Counted from the first letter of the whole stretch, positions 1 through 14,560 are shown. The stretch: 63,791 nt of DNA, filler included, from Octopus bimaculoides (GCF_001194135.2; 4 parts of 4 records of this genome joined end to end with filler, not necessarily neighbours in it); one strand, 5' to 3'. Numbers and translations are program-made. Notes: a model not told the origin generated them from the letters alone.

Positions 1-780
1 TATATATATATACACATATATATATACATATATATATGACATGCATATATGTGTGTCTATATTTTCATATATACAGATAGTCACGTATACACACACACAT
101 AAACGTACACACACCTCAAATAAGTATATTTCAGAATAACGACACAACCATACAAACACACTTTTGTAAAAGTGCGATATCTTTAAAATTCCGCTAAAAC
201 ACCATAGTAGGCTGCTTTCTTTCCAAATTTGGATTATATTACCGGCGAGCTATATATCACAAGACAGTATGAATATCTTGTATTTCAAGCAGAAAGATAG
301 TGATATGGTCTACATTCATGAATATATACGAAAGCTGCATGACAGTTTTGTCTTCTTTCACGTTGCAATAAACCGATGCCGTCCCCATTGTCATTAAAAT
401 AAGTTTTACACTTTATTATGTAGTTTAAAAGTTTGACTCTTTAATATTTCAACTATTTCCTGCATATGAATTCAAAAACGCTGTTTTATCGGAACGCGCT
501 ACTTTCTCTTTATATCTATAAAATTCTACATGGTAAAAAAAAGAGAAACACTCACATTCATACAAGCACACAGTCGCTAAAACCGTCCCCGAAACACATA
601 CAGATTCAAAGTCACACATGCTCGTAAATAAATTCATATGTACGTGTGTGAGTAAGTGTGTTAGTGTGTATGTGTGTGTGTCTGTATGTGTTTGTGAGTT
701 CACAAATAATCACACACACATATAAATAGTGCATACATACATACATACATACATACATACGTAGGTACATGCATACATAC

Positions 781-827
<47 letters not shown>

Positions 828-1324
828 TATGGGCGTGTCCTTGTTCGTTTGTATGAGTTGTTTAATATATGCACGAACGCATGTTTATGTATGAATATAT
901 TTGTGCATAAAATGCATGTGTCTACGTATTTCAATTTTGGCATAATTTACAACAATATGGTTGTGACTGTTTGTGTGTTACTGTGCACTTATGAATTTGT
1001 ATATCACTAATATTTTTCGTGTGCAGAAGGTACTTTTAACCTAGTCTAAACGGAATTTAATGAACAAATTATATAACATTTTGTCATAGTATAAGTTGGA
1101 GACTATTCTGTTTGGCATAGTTATAAATCTGTTGTGGGTTATTGCAGAGATTTTGCTTTTCAAGTACATTTTGTAATAATGATGATTTATAATGATTTGT
1201 ATTTTGCGAACAGAACAGTAAGACAAACGCATCTAAATAAATTTACGGGAAAAGTAGTAAGCAGATTATACAGAAGGACGTTATAAACAAAATGCTTCTT
1301 TGAATTTCAAAGCCACAGAACATG

Positions 1325-1535
1325 TATTTTTGATTCTTAAGTTGTTTCAGTTATGTAAATGCGGCCATGCTGGTGCACCACCTTTGCAGTGTTTAGTCGA
1401 AGAGATTGAGCCCAGTACTTATACGTTTAATGTCTGGTACTTATTTTATCGTATTCTTTTACCAAACGCTGTTGTACGGACGTAAACGAAGTAACACTGG
1501 TTGTCAAGCAGTTGGGAGAGAAAGCACGCACATAC
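1325..1535 (-). mobile_element. SINE 3' part (family of 28166-28580)
   Basis: Reverse complement matches the tail GGTGCTCCAGCATGGCCGCA...ACTGAAAC seen at 28527-28565 and 54853-54890. Confidence 0.8.
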
Positions 1536-1545
1536 AAATGTTTGT

Positions 1546-1612
<67 letters not shown>

Positions 1613-3239
1613 TGTGTGTCTTTGTGTGTGTATCTGTGTGTCTGTGTGTGTATGTGCGCGCGCGTGTGCGTGTGTGTATGAGGTATTTGAAGAAATTTGC
1701 AGCTGAATTGGAATGTTCATTGTTATTTTGAAGCTATATGAGTGTATATATAAGTGTGCGCATGTATATTTGCATTTATGTGTATGTGTATATGTGTGTA
1801 TATGTATGTGAAAGAAAGATAGATAGATAGAAAGGAAGACAGGAAGGAATTGTGGAAACCGAAAGAAAAAGAAAAGAAACAGAAAAAAGTGAGAACGAAA
1901 GAAGAAAGAAATAAAGAAATAAAGAAAGGTGTGTTTTGGGGGACGGTTGAAATTACATAGTAATTCTTTGGTCAGTTGTTTGCTACACAAATGTAGGAAG
2001 GGTCTTCTAGGATGATTGAAATTGATGATATTTTTCGTGGTCAACTCAAAAACCATTATTTGAATATAAGATAGATCTCTGGTAAAAATGGAGCCAAGAA
2101 TGTGAATGTATGATAATATCCATTATATCCATTACACCATAGCGAAACTGTGTTATTTTTTAATACCGTACAAGTTTTAACAGTGCAGAACCTTAATCAC
2201 GTCAGTTCCAACTGTGGCCGTTCTATCATTACGGTCATACTATATTTCTCATTATATTATGTATTTTGACCATCGAAGTTTTTTCCAGTTTCAGTGTGTG
2301 TCAAACGTTAACCCATATGTCCATTCTTTGTAAAACCGAGTATGATTTTAAAGAGATTTGGCTGGTTTTTTATATATAATATTCTTCTCGATCCCTCTTC
2401 TGTTTGAAACATAAAACGTAACTGCATGTATTGCTGTTGCAACAAAAGCTTGGTTAGTGTTTGATTTTCTATGAATTCATACAAGTAGATTTCCATGTAG
2501 TAGGAGTGATGTGGAAATACCATACGTTTATGAGTTCTAAGATGTATCACGAATATCGCAGGAAGAAGAACCTTGTAGTTATGATCTGCAAGTAATTGGT
2601 TACTGACCATGAAATCACAAAATTTTCACAATGTATAGGAAAAACAAACTCATTGTAACTAACATTACGAAACTTCTGGAGCGTTTTAAATTACTGAAAG
2701 TAAAAAGACCAACATATATGGCTCTCAATAGAAACTGCAAGACAGGTAGGTGTGAGAAAGCCATGAGATTGAAGGCCAGTCCGGAATATTTACAACAATG
2801 TGGAGCTCACAGAAGGTTCACTGGAGAGAGCTAGGCCAAGTGACGGACTGAATGTAAAACTCAGCAATAGATATCCTACCGCCTACCATTTCGAAACTGT
2901 TTACTGTTTGTATATGTAATCTGCTTACCAGATTACACACAAAATATGCGTTAATAACAAAAAGAAAATAATTACGAATAAAAAAAAGGAAAAATTAAAA
3001 TTCGGTCGAGATGCCAAGCAATGGCGTTGCATGCATAACTATACGGTTGTGAAACAAACTTCCTATCAGCACTTATGGACGTGAGTCCAAACGCTGAATT
3101 TTACATGGAAAATTGGATCAATGTCAAAGTTCTCTTAATTTCAGTTCATTATCTTCCTTCATGTACGTGTATGTAAATACAAACATACATGCGCGCGTGT
3201 ATCTGTGTGTGTATGTGTGTGCATGAGTGTGTGCGAATA

Positions 3240-3287
<48 letters not shown>

Positions 3288-3585
3288 ACGAGAGAGAGAG
3301 AGATGTATGTATGTATGAACGCAGTATTAGATTACATCTGGTAATCAAAAGATTTTGTCATTGGAATACAGACTTCATTGCAATGCAATATTCGTTCAAG
3401 TTGTCGCCATTCGCAGTTTAAACGACATTAGATTTCATCCTGTTGCGGTTGAGAAGTAAACTGCCAGTACAATATTGCAACAGATTCTTCTCTATCTACA
3501 AATTTCTTTATCTACCTCCTTCTTTCACTCTCTGTTTGTCCCTCTGTGTCTCTGTGTTTCTCTCTCTCTCTCTTTCTCTCACTAC

Positions 3586-3652
<67 letters not shown>

Positions 3653-3977
3653 GAGACAGAGAGAGAGAGAGACATATATTTACATAAATACATATATATA
3701 GATCACGTGTTCTGACGTCGAGAAAGAGGGAGAGAGAGAGAGAGAGAGGGATGAGAAAATGGGAATCGTGTAAATAATGAGATTACACATTTCCTTTTTC
3801 ATGTAAAAGAAAAATCTCCAATATGCTTTCGTATTGACAAACTTGATCTTTGTTTCCTCAAATACTATGAACGGCTGCGAAAGATAATTACGTCCCAGTT
3901 ACTGGACACAAGCGTACTGAAGCCACAACACTTATGCATATATTTATATACTACTATATATGTGTGTTTGAGTATAC

Positions 3978-4045
<68 letters not shown>

Positions 4046-5597
4046 NNNNNNNNNNNNNNNNNNNNNNNNNNNNNNNNNNNNNNNNNNNNNNNNNNNNNNN
4101 NNNNNNNNNNNNNNNNNNNNNNNNNNNNNNNNNNNNNNNNNNNNNNNNNNNNNNNNNNNNNNNNNNNNNNNNNNNNNNNNNNNNNNNNNNNNNNNNNNNN
4201 NNNNNNNNNNNNNNNNNNNNNNNNNNNNNNNNNNNNNNNNNNNNNNNNNNNNNNNNNNNNNNNNNNNNNNNNNNNNNNNNNNNNNNNNNNNNNNNNNNNN
4301 NNNNNNNNNNNNNNNNNNNNNNNNNNNNNNNNNNNNNNNNNNNNNNNNNNNNNNNNNNNNNNNNNNNNNNNNNNNNNNNNNNNNNNNNNNNNNNNNNNNN
4401 NNNNNNNNNNNNNNNNNNNNNNNNNNNNNNNNNNNNNNNNNNNNNNNNNNNNNNNNNNNNNNNNNNNNNNNNNNNNNNNNNNNNNNNNNNNNNNNNNNNN
4501 NNNNNNNNNNNNNNNNNNNNNNNNNNNNNNNNNNNNNNNNNNNNNNNNNNNNNNNNNNNNNNNNNNNNNNNNNNNNNNNNNNNNNNNNNNNNNNNNNNNN
4601 NNNNNNNNNNNNNNATGTATATATATATATAGTTCTGCTTAAATATGAGCATGTGTGTTCTAGTGTGTGTGCAGACAATATATTATAGCTATTCAGGCTG
4701 ATGTACTGTCCTATTTCACTGGGGCTTCTCTTATGTGGCGCAGGTTGGTCAGACCAGAGAGACATATACTGGATTGGATTAGTCTAAATATATTGCAATA
4801 TATGTTTGAGTGCATACTTTTGGCATAACCAATTAAGGCATATATTTTTCTCATTGTCCCTACCCCTTTTCCTGACTCTTTTTTTTTTTTGTTCCGTAAA
4901 ACAATACATAAACTACGGCCATTGATCAAATTTACGTAAACTTACACCGTTTCAAATTATTTTCAAGATGTAATTAAACCTTTGAAAAGTCGACCTTCAT
5001 GTTATTTTCTGCCCATTCCATACGATTTTTCATGTGTATTGTTTTTAAAGGAAGCCTTTTAATTGATATCATTAGTTTACCGATCATTTTTAGAAGACGA
5101 CATCCGGTAGTTCTGGACATACTTATTTCACCAATGCACTTGATAAGTTCTCCACGTGTAAGACTTGGGTTCTTTACAGCTTCACGCTTAATTCGTAACA
5201 GGCAAAGTTAAGAAATAGCCCTCGAATGACACTTGTCGGCTCACTTTTGTATTTGAGGAGCTGTAACAAATATTTTCACAGATGCCAATTATTTTAGATA
5301 TTTCCAATTATTTTAGATATTATTAATGTTGATTTACCTTTTACAAGTTCAGAATTAATAACAGATTTCTCTGAAGCAGTTAAGTCACATTTACGACCCA
5401 TAATTACACGATTATCAGACCACTCGTTAATAATTTGGAGCACTGAAACTTGGTGCAAATCGTGTCAATGTCCACAGTTCGTTTGCACTTGTGCAAAACC
5501 ACACGTTTTTTTACAACACATGCGTATAACCGTTGCTATCATGTTGTACTTATGAAATAAAAAGAATGTTACATCGTTAATAATTTGAAACACAGTT

Positions 5598-5659
<62 letters not shown>

Positions 5660-5714
5660 NNNNNNNNNNNNNNNNNNNNNNNNNNNNNNNNNNNNNNNNN
5701 NNNNNNNNNNNNNN

Positions 5715-5817
5715 TCGAAACGTTAAAGACTTTCTCTATTCCGAGCGTTAAACTAATACATCCTTTTGTTGTTTACAACACCTGTCCTCGTCTGTTGTTT
5801 TTTTCGTAAATTCTTCC
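5715..5817 (+). repeat. Dispersed repeat, probable PLE pseudo-LTR fragment; homologous to 49985-50090
   Basis: TCGAAACGTTAAAGACTTTCTC...GAGCGTTAAA.TAATACA.C..TTTGTTGTTTAC aligns with 49997-50090. It lies just 5' of the PLE RT and ends in (TA)n. Confidence 0.6.
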
Positions 5818-5973
5818 ATATATATATATATACATATATATATTCGTTTTGCAAGATTCTTGATATGAAATCGTGTGTTGAAACAGATTTTGTTGTATTT
5901 GGGGATTGTCATATTCCCAGATTAACGAATAAAAACACACGGGACTAAAAACAAGTCGGGAATATACCCGCAT

Positions 5974-7450
5974 GTGGCCTACGTAAGCTTCATGCAGCGC
6001 ACGAGGAACGGAGAGGTGGTGTGCCTTCCCACAGATAAGTCCGGCAGGATGTCAATAGACAGCTTGCCGAACTACATCCAGGCAATGCAACCTCACATCA
6101 CCAATACGAAAGTAACAATATTACAGGCGAATGAGCAGAGAGAAATGGTCCTCAACGCCCACATGATGATGTGGGAAATTGTTCCTGGACCCCAGAAACG
6201 CACAGTCAACAATTTCTAAGTCTGGAACAACGATATCCCGACATTGTATGTACTTCGCAAGGACCACAAAGAAAACCACTGGTCTTGTAGCGGGACCGCC
6301 AACAAGACCAGTCCGTGGAGCGAATATCGCTAGCAACTACAGGATTTCCTACTTCCTCTCAATGATCACACGCCCCATAATCCAGATGTCACCTGATGTT
6401 TGTGACAGCACGGAAGATCTCCGCAGCAGGATCAACGACTATAACAACAACTGTGACCTGACAGGATGTATAGTGGTTAGCATGGATGTGGTATCCCTAT
6501 ACTCATCTATCGACGTGAATTTTGCGGTGGAGAAGTACGTGGAGATGATCAAGTAGAGCGAAGTGGTGTTCAGCAATGTCAACACAGAAGAACTGGGTCT
6601 CCTACTTAGAGTGACACATGACAACGAATATCTAGATAAACACGACCGTAGAAGTTTCTGCCCTAGTAGACGTTTAAGTGGTTGACCACCCACAATTACT
6701 TCTATGGCTAGGAAGACTGCTATAGAGAGATGGAGCAGATGGACCAGAGCCATACGGGCCCCCGCAAATATTCATCAGGTAAAGAAAATAATCACACATG
6801 CACTAAGATTTAGTATAAGAAGAGTTACCCTAAAAAGCCACACGTTTAAGTTTAACAACAAAATATACGCCCAGGACGAGGGGGTGGCCATCGGCGTTAG
6901 TATCGCCTGTGATGTGGTCAACCTTTTCATAGTATGGTGGGACAGAAGGCTTAAGGAACGCCTGACACAGAACTCCATACTCGTGAACATGTACTCTCGC
7001 TATGTCGATGATATCAACGTAGTGGTAAAGGCACCCCCACAAGAGAGTACTCTTGAAATAGAAATAGAAACTAATACTATGGAGAGCATCCAGCAAATAG
7101 CTAGCTCCATCCACCAGAGTATTAAGGTAACGATAGACGACCCTACTAAGCACCCTAACCATAGACTACAAGTACTAGATACAGAACTCTGGCTGGAAAT
7201 TGAGAATAATAAAACCCGAATCCTTCATTCACACTATGCCAAACCTATCGCCTCCAAATATCTGATCCACCGGAATTCAGCTTTCGCGGACAACACCAAT
7301 TTCAATATATTCATGGCAGACCTCCTCAGACTAATGCGAAATGTGCCCCGCATGTGCGACTCTACAGAGTTAAAGAGACACATGCAACATTTCGTTCACC
7401 GCATGCAGTTCTTAGGTTACAGCCATAATGAAAGGATCAGAGTATACAAA
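5974..7450 (+). pseudogene. Penelope-like element (PLE) reverse transcriptase, decayed and cut off by a gap
   Basis: Ordered PLE RT motifs: PTDKSG, IPTLYVLRKDHK, TRPV, VVSMDVVSLYSSI, FKFNNKIYAQDEGVAIG, YSRYVDDI, LQVLDTELW, HYAKPIAS..IHRNSA. Stops at 6217 (TAA), 6554 (TAG) and 6683 (TGA), and one frameshift near 6275. Confidence 0.9.
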
Positions 7451-10400
7451 NNNNNNNNNNNNNNNNNNNNNNNNNNNNNNNNNNNNNNNNNNNNNNNNNN
7501 NNNNNNNNNNNNNNNNNNNNNNNNTATATATATATATATATGTTTAATTACGTACCGACATACATATATACAGATGTAAGTTTACATACAAAAATGAAAT
7601 GAATGTAAAAATCATATATCGTGTTTCTATGTGAATTCATATGAGTTTGTTTGCTTATAAAGGTTATATTCTTTTAACACAAACACACACACACACACAT
7701 ATATATAGGTATACATATCATATATATATACATACATACATATATATATACATAAACATATGTGTTTGTGTTTGCTTGTATGTGTGTATGTGTGTGTATA
7801 CCTGTGAAACAATTGATGATGCAAGCAGGTTAAATAGAACTCAAAATGTGTGTATGTATATTTTGATTAATATTTAGCACCTCGAGTCACTCTGCTGCTT
7901 CAGTTAATTATCATTGTATGTATGCATGTATGTATGTATGTATGTATGTATGTATGTATGTATTATTATGTATGTGTATATATCTAGATACAGTGAGTGA
8001 GGTACACAGAGGGAGAGAAAGAAAGAGAGAGAAATACGATGATTGATAGAGGGGGAGAATGAGAAGACGAAACAGGGTGAACTTGGAGTGTGCCAGGTTA
8101 AAATATCACGAAATTGCTTGGCAGACAAACTTACATACAAACAAGATATATAATTCATACGTTCAATTCTTCAATTTTCGACTTCTTCAAAGAAATATTG
8201 TACACAAGTATATATAATGTATATCAATCTGTATTTATATATCTCTTGAGCGTATGTATATGTCTATGTATGCTTACGTCTGTTTGTACATATGTGTGTC
8301 AGTGTGTCTGTTTGTATGTGTTCTATGACCATTTCTCATATTTAACGAAATATCTTTTGGCAGTTTCTATCCTCTTTTTGAACATTTCACAAAATCTACA
8401 AATGAATTCATAAAGTGCTGCCACTAAAATCCTTAAATACATTTTTAATCCTGTTTTCTATTATATTTTCTTGGAAATATTATTCACTTACTTTTCTTTC
8501 ATAAGAAACAAACTTTGTGTGCTTATTTATTTATTTATTTACTTATATTTTTTTCCTTCGTTATTTATATTTATTTTCTTTATAAATTTTGAAACTTGAT
8601 GCACGTCGTGTTCCAAGTGAAAATAGGTTTTTATTCAGTGCAGATAATGTTGTTGCTGTGATGATTATTGTTTTTGTCGTTGATACTATTATTATGAATA
8701 TGACATGATTTGTTTTGTGTTGTGATTATTAATTTATGGTATTTTGGGGGTTTATTTTGTTATTTTATTTCTTTCTTATATGTTCAACATGTCGGAATTT
8801 CGTTTACGTCTAGAGGCACTAGTGAAAATTCTAGTGAAAATTTCATCATAAAATAAAAACTCACATGGAAATATTTATACATTTATATATACATATAGAA
8901 ACGTGCGTATATATATATATATATATATATNNNNNNNNNNNNNNNNNNNNNNNNNNNNNNNNNNNNNNNNNNNNNNNNNNNNNNNNNNNNNNNNNNNNNN
9001 NNNNNNNNNNNNNNNNNNNNNNNNNNNNNNNNNNNNNNNNNNNNNNNNNNNNNNNNNNNNNNNNNNNNNNNNNNNNNNNNNNNNNNNNNNNNNNNNNNNN
9101 NNNNNNNNNNNNNNNNNNNNNNNNNNNNNNNNNNNNNNNNNNNNNNNNNNNNNNNNNNNNNNNNNNNNNNNNNNNNNNNNNNNNNNNNNNNNNNNNNNNN
9201 NNNNNNNNNNNNNNNNNNNNNNNNNNNNNNNNNNNNNNNNNNNNNNNNNNNNNNNNNNNNNNNNNNNNNNNNNNNNNNNNNNNNNNNNNNNNNNNNNNNN
9301 NNNNNNNNNNNNNNNNNNNNNNNNNNNNNNNNNNNNNNNNNNNNNNNNNNNNNNNNNNNNNNNNNNNNNNNNNNNNNNNNNNNNNNNNNNNNNNNNNNNN
9401 NNNNNNNNNNNNNNNNNNNNNNNNNNNNACACATATAGAAACACAAACACACAAAAACTAACTTTAATAAAATAATCCTAATCTACTAAACACTTGATTT
9501 CGAATACAAGATTCGAAAACGATAAAAATGAAAACATGGGCTAGCAGGATTAGTATGAAAAGACTGAGTGAGGTTTGAACGTTTATCGGCTGATATATCT
9601 AATACACTTACAGGACCATTTACACATAAATATATGTTATATGTGTGCGTGTACATGTTAGTGTGTATGTGAGTGCGTATTTGTATGGGCCTTTGTATAC
9701 AAACTAACGTGCACATATACATACACCACATTCGTACACTCATATACGAGGAAACAAATATATACACCAATATATACACAAATATATGCATGTGTCTGCA
9801 GCAATAGAGAAAATTTACAGATTTACATGTTGAACTTTAGTGATGTTCTGCATATGCTTACTCTCTACCTTAGAGAGGTTATTTTCCTCCTCAATAAGCA
9901 TGTTAGCCGGTGATTTATTTGTCTGAAATTATTCGCTTTTCGATCCACCAATTAGAGCAGTTCTTAATATTTTTTTGAAATCACAGGACACTGACGATCA
10001 AGCAGAAAAATATTACTGCAGCACTATGCGTGGAAAGTTCGTCAACAACGATTATTTAAAGCGAAACTTTTAGAGAAAGTAATACAGAAAACTATTGCAT
10101 ATATAGTTTTATTAATGGCATTTTTGAACAACAAATACGCAAATATCACGCTCCGCATTACTATGGATTTTATGTTTTTGAACGTACCAGAACCACTAGC
10201 TTTGACATTTAGTAACATAGCCATTGTAACAATAATTTCATGTGCAAATATGTATTTATAGTCTGGACAGAGAAGCTATTATTTTCGAAGCAGTTGTAAA
10301 TAGATTTCGTCGCTGATTTTGGAGATCTTCATATATATCGGTGAGCTGACTTCTATAACTCTAAATAATGATTCTTTTCTGTTCTAAAATAATTATATGA

Positions 10401-12456
10401 AAGCTAATATTTTTGTGTTTGAGGAAAGCTTTGATGGGAATCTTCCATCAATGAGTCTAGCGTTCAGAAACCCGGCGCTCCAAAAACATTTTCTCTAGAA
10501 TACCGGCTGCATTTCAATGCAGTATTCGCTCAAACTGTCGGTGTTCGGAGTTTCAACAACAGGAAATATATTCATAGCCATTACAATATAGCCATTATTA
10601 GTTTTACATTATTAGGTTTACATATAGTTTTACTAGTTATAGGTTTACATATTGCTATAATAGCGGGGTAGTACCTTACAGAAATTTCTTGATAGCCGGA
10701 AATCATTTATGAAATATTTTCCACAGACTTGTAACAGTCAATATTTTCGGTTTGATCTTTGGAGTTTATTGGCTTCAATGTTTCATGTGTTCAGAAAGTA
10801 TTTATTAAACAGTCTCTTACTCTTGGATTACAAATGCATAGCCCGCAAAATGTGATGTGATGTTGCAATCATGAGTCCCCGACAAGCTACAATTCGGTGA
10901 ACTCAATGCTAACAAGAATCGGAATTGGAGACTTGCAAACAGCTTGCTTTTGCAACTGTGCTGCCAATCGAAAGCTTTGCATACCGGACGCCAGTAGTTT
11001 TCAGGATTCTTCAGGAGAGAAGGCCTCAAAATTGTGTGATTTCTTTCCTGGTGACCCCCTGGACCCTACTGTTATCCAGTATGCAAAGCTTGCGATTGAT
11101 ATCACTAGCACAAGCAAGCTACTTGTTATTCTCCAACTTTTATTGTTGTCAATACCAAGCTCACGAGAAACATGCTAATCCATAGTATTTTTGGTGCGTA
11201 AAGGTAGTATTTCTCATCCACATCTTTGTTGAGGTACCTATTTTAAACCAGCAGTTCTACTGTTTTATAAAATACGAATGTCTTTAAAGAGCAAAGTTTC
11301 CACCCGTAATTATCATATTCCTTTCAGTGTTTCACACTTGCTCGGAACAGCTATATTTAGCTATTATTATTTGTTAGTTGTAAAGTGGTATTGTAACACA
11401 CCCATAATGATCATCTAACATGGAGCTTATCAATGCCACCATTAATCTGGAAACTTCCTGGTAATATCTGTATCTTGCTAGTTTCAATATCTGTGGAATA
11501 GAATTGCCAGAGAAATCATATATCGCAAATGTTGCTGCCAACACTGGTGTTGAAAAATTAATTATAATTATGTAACAGTGTCTTGTTGTCAGTTGAAAAT
11601 AACCGCTGTTACAATACTCAAACAGCCGTATAATATAGTTTCCATACCCTAGCTTTTTTCACATTCGCAAAATATTACAGCTAGTGATGTTCCATGTTTG
11701 TATATTCACATTAAATGTTATAAACACCTGCATTTTAATCACTGTCTCAAGTATATGTGTTAATTTTATACTAGCTTGACTCGCTTTCATACAAGCCAGT
11801 AAATGTTTTCTGTCTCTACAAACATTTTTGACTTGGGTCAGAACATTTGAGTTATTCGTTACTGATGAATCCAAATTAAATCGAAACTGTGTCTCAGGTA
11901 GTATACCGGAGCTCTGAGCGAAACCATGTGTTTTTCATACACAACCGACTTTGAGAATTTTTATCTGAGACAAAATATTGTAGCTAGTTCTGTTCGACGA
12001 TTGTGTATACATTATGCTATTCACATTGGTATATAAATATAAGTTTGTTTCGAATGCGTATATTAATTTAAAATGATATGTATAGATATATGTCCGTATA
12101 TTTGTAAGTATGAGATTGTGAACTATTCAGCAACTACTATATCAAAGATAGGGATATATCTTGACATTCACAACAATATATTAAAGATACATCAAGCGTC
12201 AAGAAATAATTATCTAAAATAGACTATTGATACTACTGGCGTATATGAGGTAAGCAATGTCAACTAATTTGGAAAGTTACCAAATTTTTCGGAAATGGAG
12301 TTTGGGAAATCATAGAAAACCATTAATGATAGGTCGGAATCAATACGAGAACTTAATCGCAAATTAATCTCAACATCAGAAATTATTTGCCAACATTCGA
12401 TGATATAATGATATACAAATAATGTATAAGACGTATGTATCAGATGAATGTGTATG

Positions 12457-12489
<33 letters not shown>

Positions 12490-13491
12490 NNNNNNNNNNN
12501 NNNNNNNNNNNNNNNNNNNNNNNNNNNNNNNNNNNNNNNNNNNNNNNNNNNNNNNNNNNNNNNNNNNNNNNNNNNNNNNNNNNNNNNNNNNNNNNNNNNN
12601 NNNNNNNNNNNNNNNNNNNNNNNNNNNNNNNNNNNNNNNNNNNNNNNNNNNNNNNNNNNNNNNNNNNNNNNNNNNNNNNNNNNNNNNNNNNNNNNNNNNN
12701 NNNNNNNNNNNNNNNNNNNNNNNNNNNNNNNNNNNNNNNNNNNNNNNNNNNNNNNNNNNNNNNNNNNNNNNNNNNNNNNNNNNNNNNNNNNNNNNNNNNN
12801 NNNNNNNNNNNNNNNNNNNNNNNNNNNNNNNNNNNNNNNNNNNNNNNNNNNNNNNNNNNNNNNNNNNNNNNNNNNNNNNNNNNNNNNNNNNNNNNNNNNN
12901 NNNNNNNNNNNNNNNNNNNNNNNNNNNNNNNNNNNNNNNNNNNNNNNNNNNNNNNNNNNNNNNNNNNNNNNNNNNNNNNNNNNNNNNNNNNNNNNNNNNN
13001 NNNNNNNNNNNNNNNNNNNNNNNNNNNNNNNNNNNNNNNNNNNNNNTATATATATATATATATATATGCAAATATGTATATATATATATATAGGATATGC
13101 ATAAATATACATTTAAATATTATGTTTCGAATAGGAGTAGTAATGATAATATCCTGATATTAGAACTCAATATACATATGGTTCAGAATAAAGGCGTGAG
13201 TTGAGTACAGATCGTAATAAGTAATTAAGTAAAATTATGTAATGAACTTGATTAGCTTACTGCTGTTTCTGCTACTCAGAGCTGTGTGCTTGTCTATCCC
13301 TTTATAGCTTCCTCGGAGCTTCTAAAATGATATGCGTCTAAAATGAAGGCTAGGAGGGAGCTATAAGGTGATGTACCAGTACTCAGCGCTGAAAGCACAC
13401 CATCTTATAACAGAAATATATGTAAGATAAAGATTTCATTGTACAACGTCTTGTACGTTTGTCATTTACTTAATTTCATATATATGTATCA

Positions 13492-13593
13492 TTCTTCTTC
13501 TTCTTCTTCTTCTTCTTCTTCTTCTTCTTCTTCTTCTTCTTCTTCTTCTTCTTCTTCTTCTTCTTCTTCTTCTTCTTCTTCTTCTTCTTCTTC
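13492..13593. repeat. (TCT)n trinucleotide microsatellite, about 33 units
   Basis: Read directly; produces the poly-Ser ORF 13439-13699. Confidence 0.98.
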
Positions 13594-14051
13594 CTCTCTA
13601 CTACTTCTTTCTTTTAATCCTCCCCACATGATTTCTATTCGAATGATTCATCCCATAACCATGCTTTTATATATCTTTTCTTGTTTCCTCCCGATATAAG
13701 CAGAAACAGTGTGTGGACGACACACAGTGTAAGAACGTACCTTTCATGAAGTGTCACTCTGATGTCTAAAACTGCAAATATTACTTAAATTTTCACTTCG
13801 AAAATTACGTAAACTGACGTTGCAGGCAGAGTTGTTAAAGAAACAATTATAACAGATCATTAAAGATGTGCTAAAGGATTTCTCTGTCTTATGATTTGAA
13901 TTATATGTATAAGCAGAGAGAGAGAGAGAGAGAGTAAAGAAAGGGTGTGTATGTTTGAATATGTGTATGCATAATACATTTTCTATTACAGAGATTGTAG
14001 AAAAATCAGATCAACCCGCTGAGACAAAGTAGTCTTCTATCAAATATATAT

Positions 14052-14082
<31 letters not shown>

Positions 14083-14260
14083 NNNNNNNNNNNNNNNNNN
14101 NNNNNNNNNNNNNNNNNNNNNNNNNNNNNNNNNNNNNNNNNNNNNNNNNNNNNNNNNNNNNNNNNNNNNNNNNNNNNNNNNNNNNNNNNNNNNNNNNNNN
14201 NNNNNNNNNNNNNNNNNNNNNNNNNNNNNNNNNNNNNNNNNNNNNNNNNNNNNNNNNNNN

Positions 14261-14299
<39 letters not shown>

Positions 14300-14560
14300 A
14301 TATGTGCAGAGCGCTGTGAACGAGGGGTATTTAAAGACACTTATCGGTATGTTAGACTCTTCAAAACAACAAAAGCTTTGTAGTTTCTCAGATGACCCAC
14401 AGCAGATAAATATTATAGCACAAATTATAATGAAAAAGTGTGTAGTCATTGCTACGATTTAGAAATTGAAAACTCTCTAAATGCTGCAGGATCTTTTGTT
14501 ACCAATCTTTACGATGATGTAATACCAAATTTGTAGACTGGAAATTTGCAACATTCAGTT

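Noticed and set aside
449-2056. HT/CV/YI-repeat ORFs, and all similar ORFs across the window
   Set aside because: They are translations of (CA)n, (TA)n and (GA)n microsatellites with no protein signal.
2308-2610. 100-aa minus-strand ORF
   Set aside because: No recognisable motif, and its 3' part is a copy of the AACAGCCAAATCTC dispersed repeat.
11855-11900. CTGATGA...CGAAACTGTGTC hammerhead-like motif
   Set aside because: Stem II lacks a closing pair (A/C) and stem I does not pair beyond one base.
14310-14441. LIGML...SFSDDP as the missing upstream GABA-B exon
   Set aside because: No polypyrimidine tract, weak donor, wrong length and spacing. It lies just upstream of the Tc1/maT relic and may belong to it.
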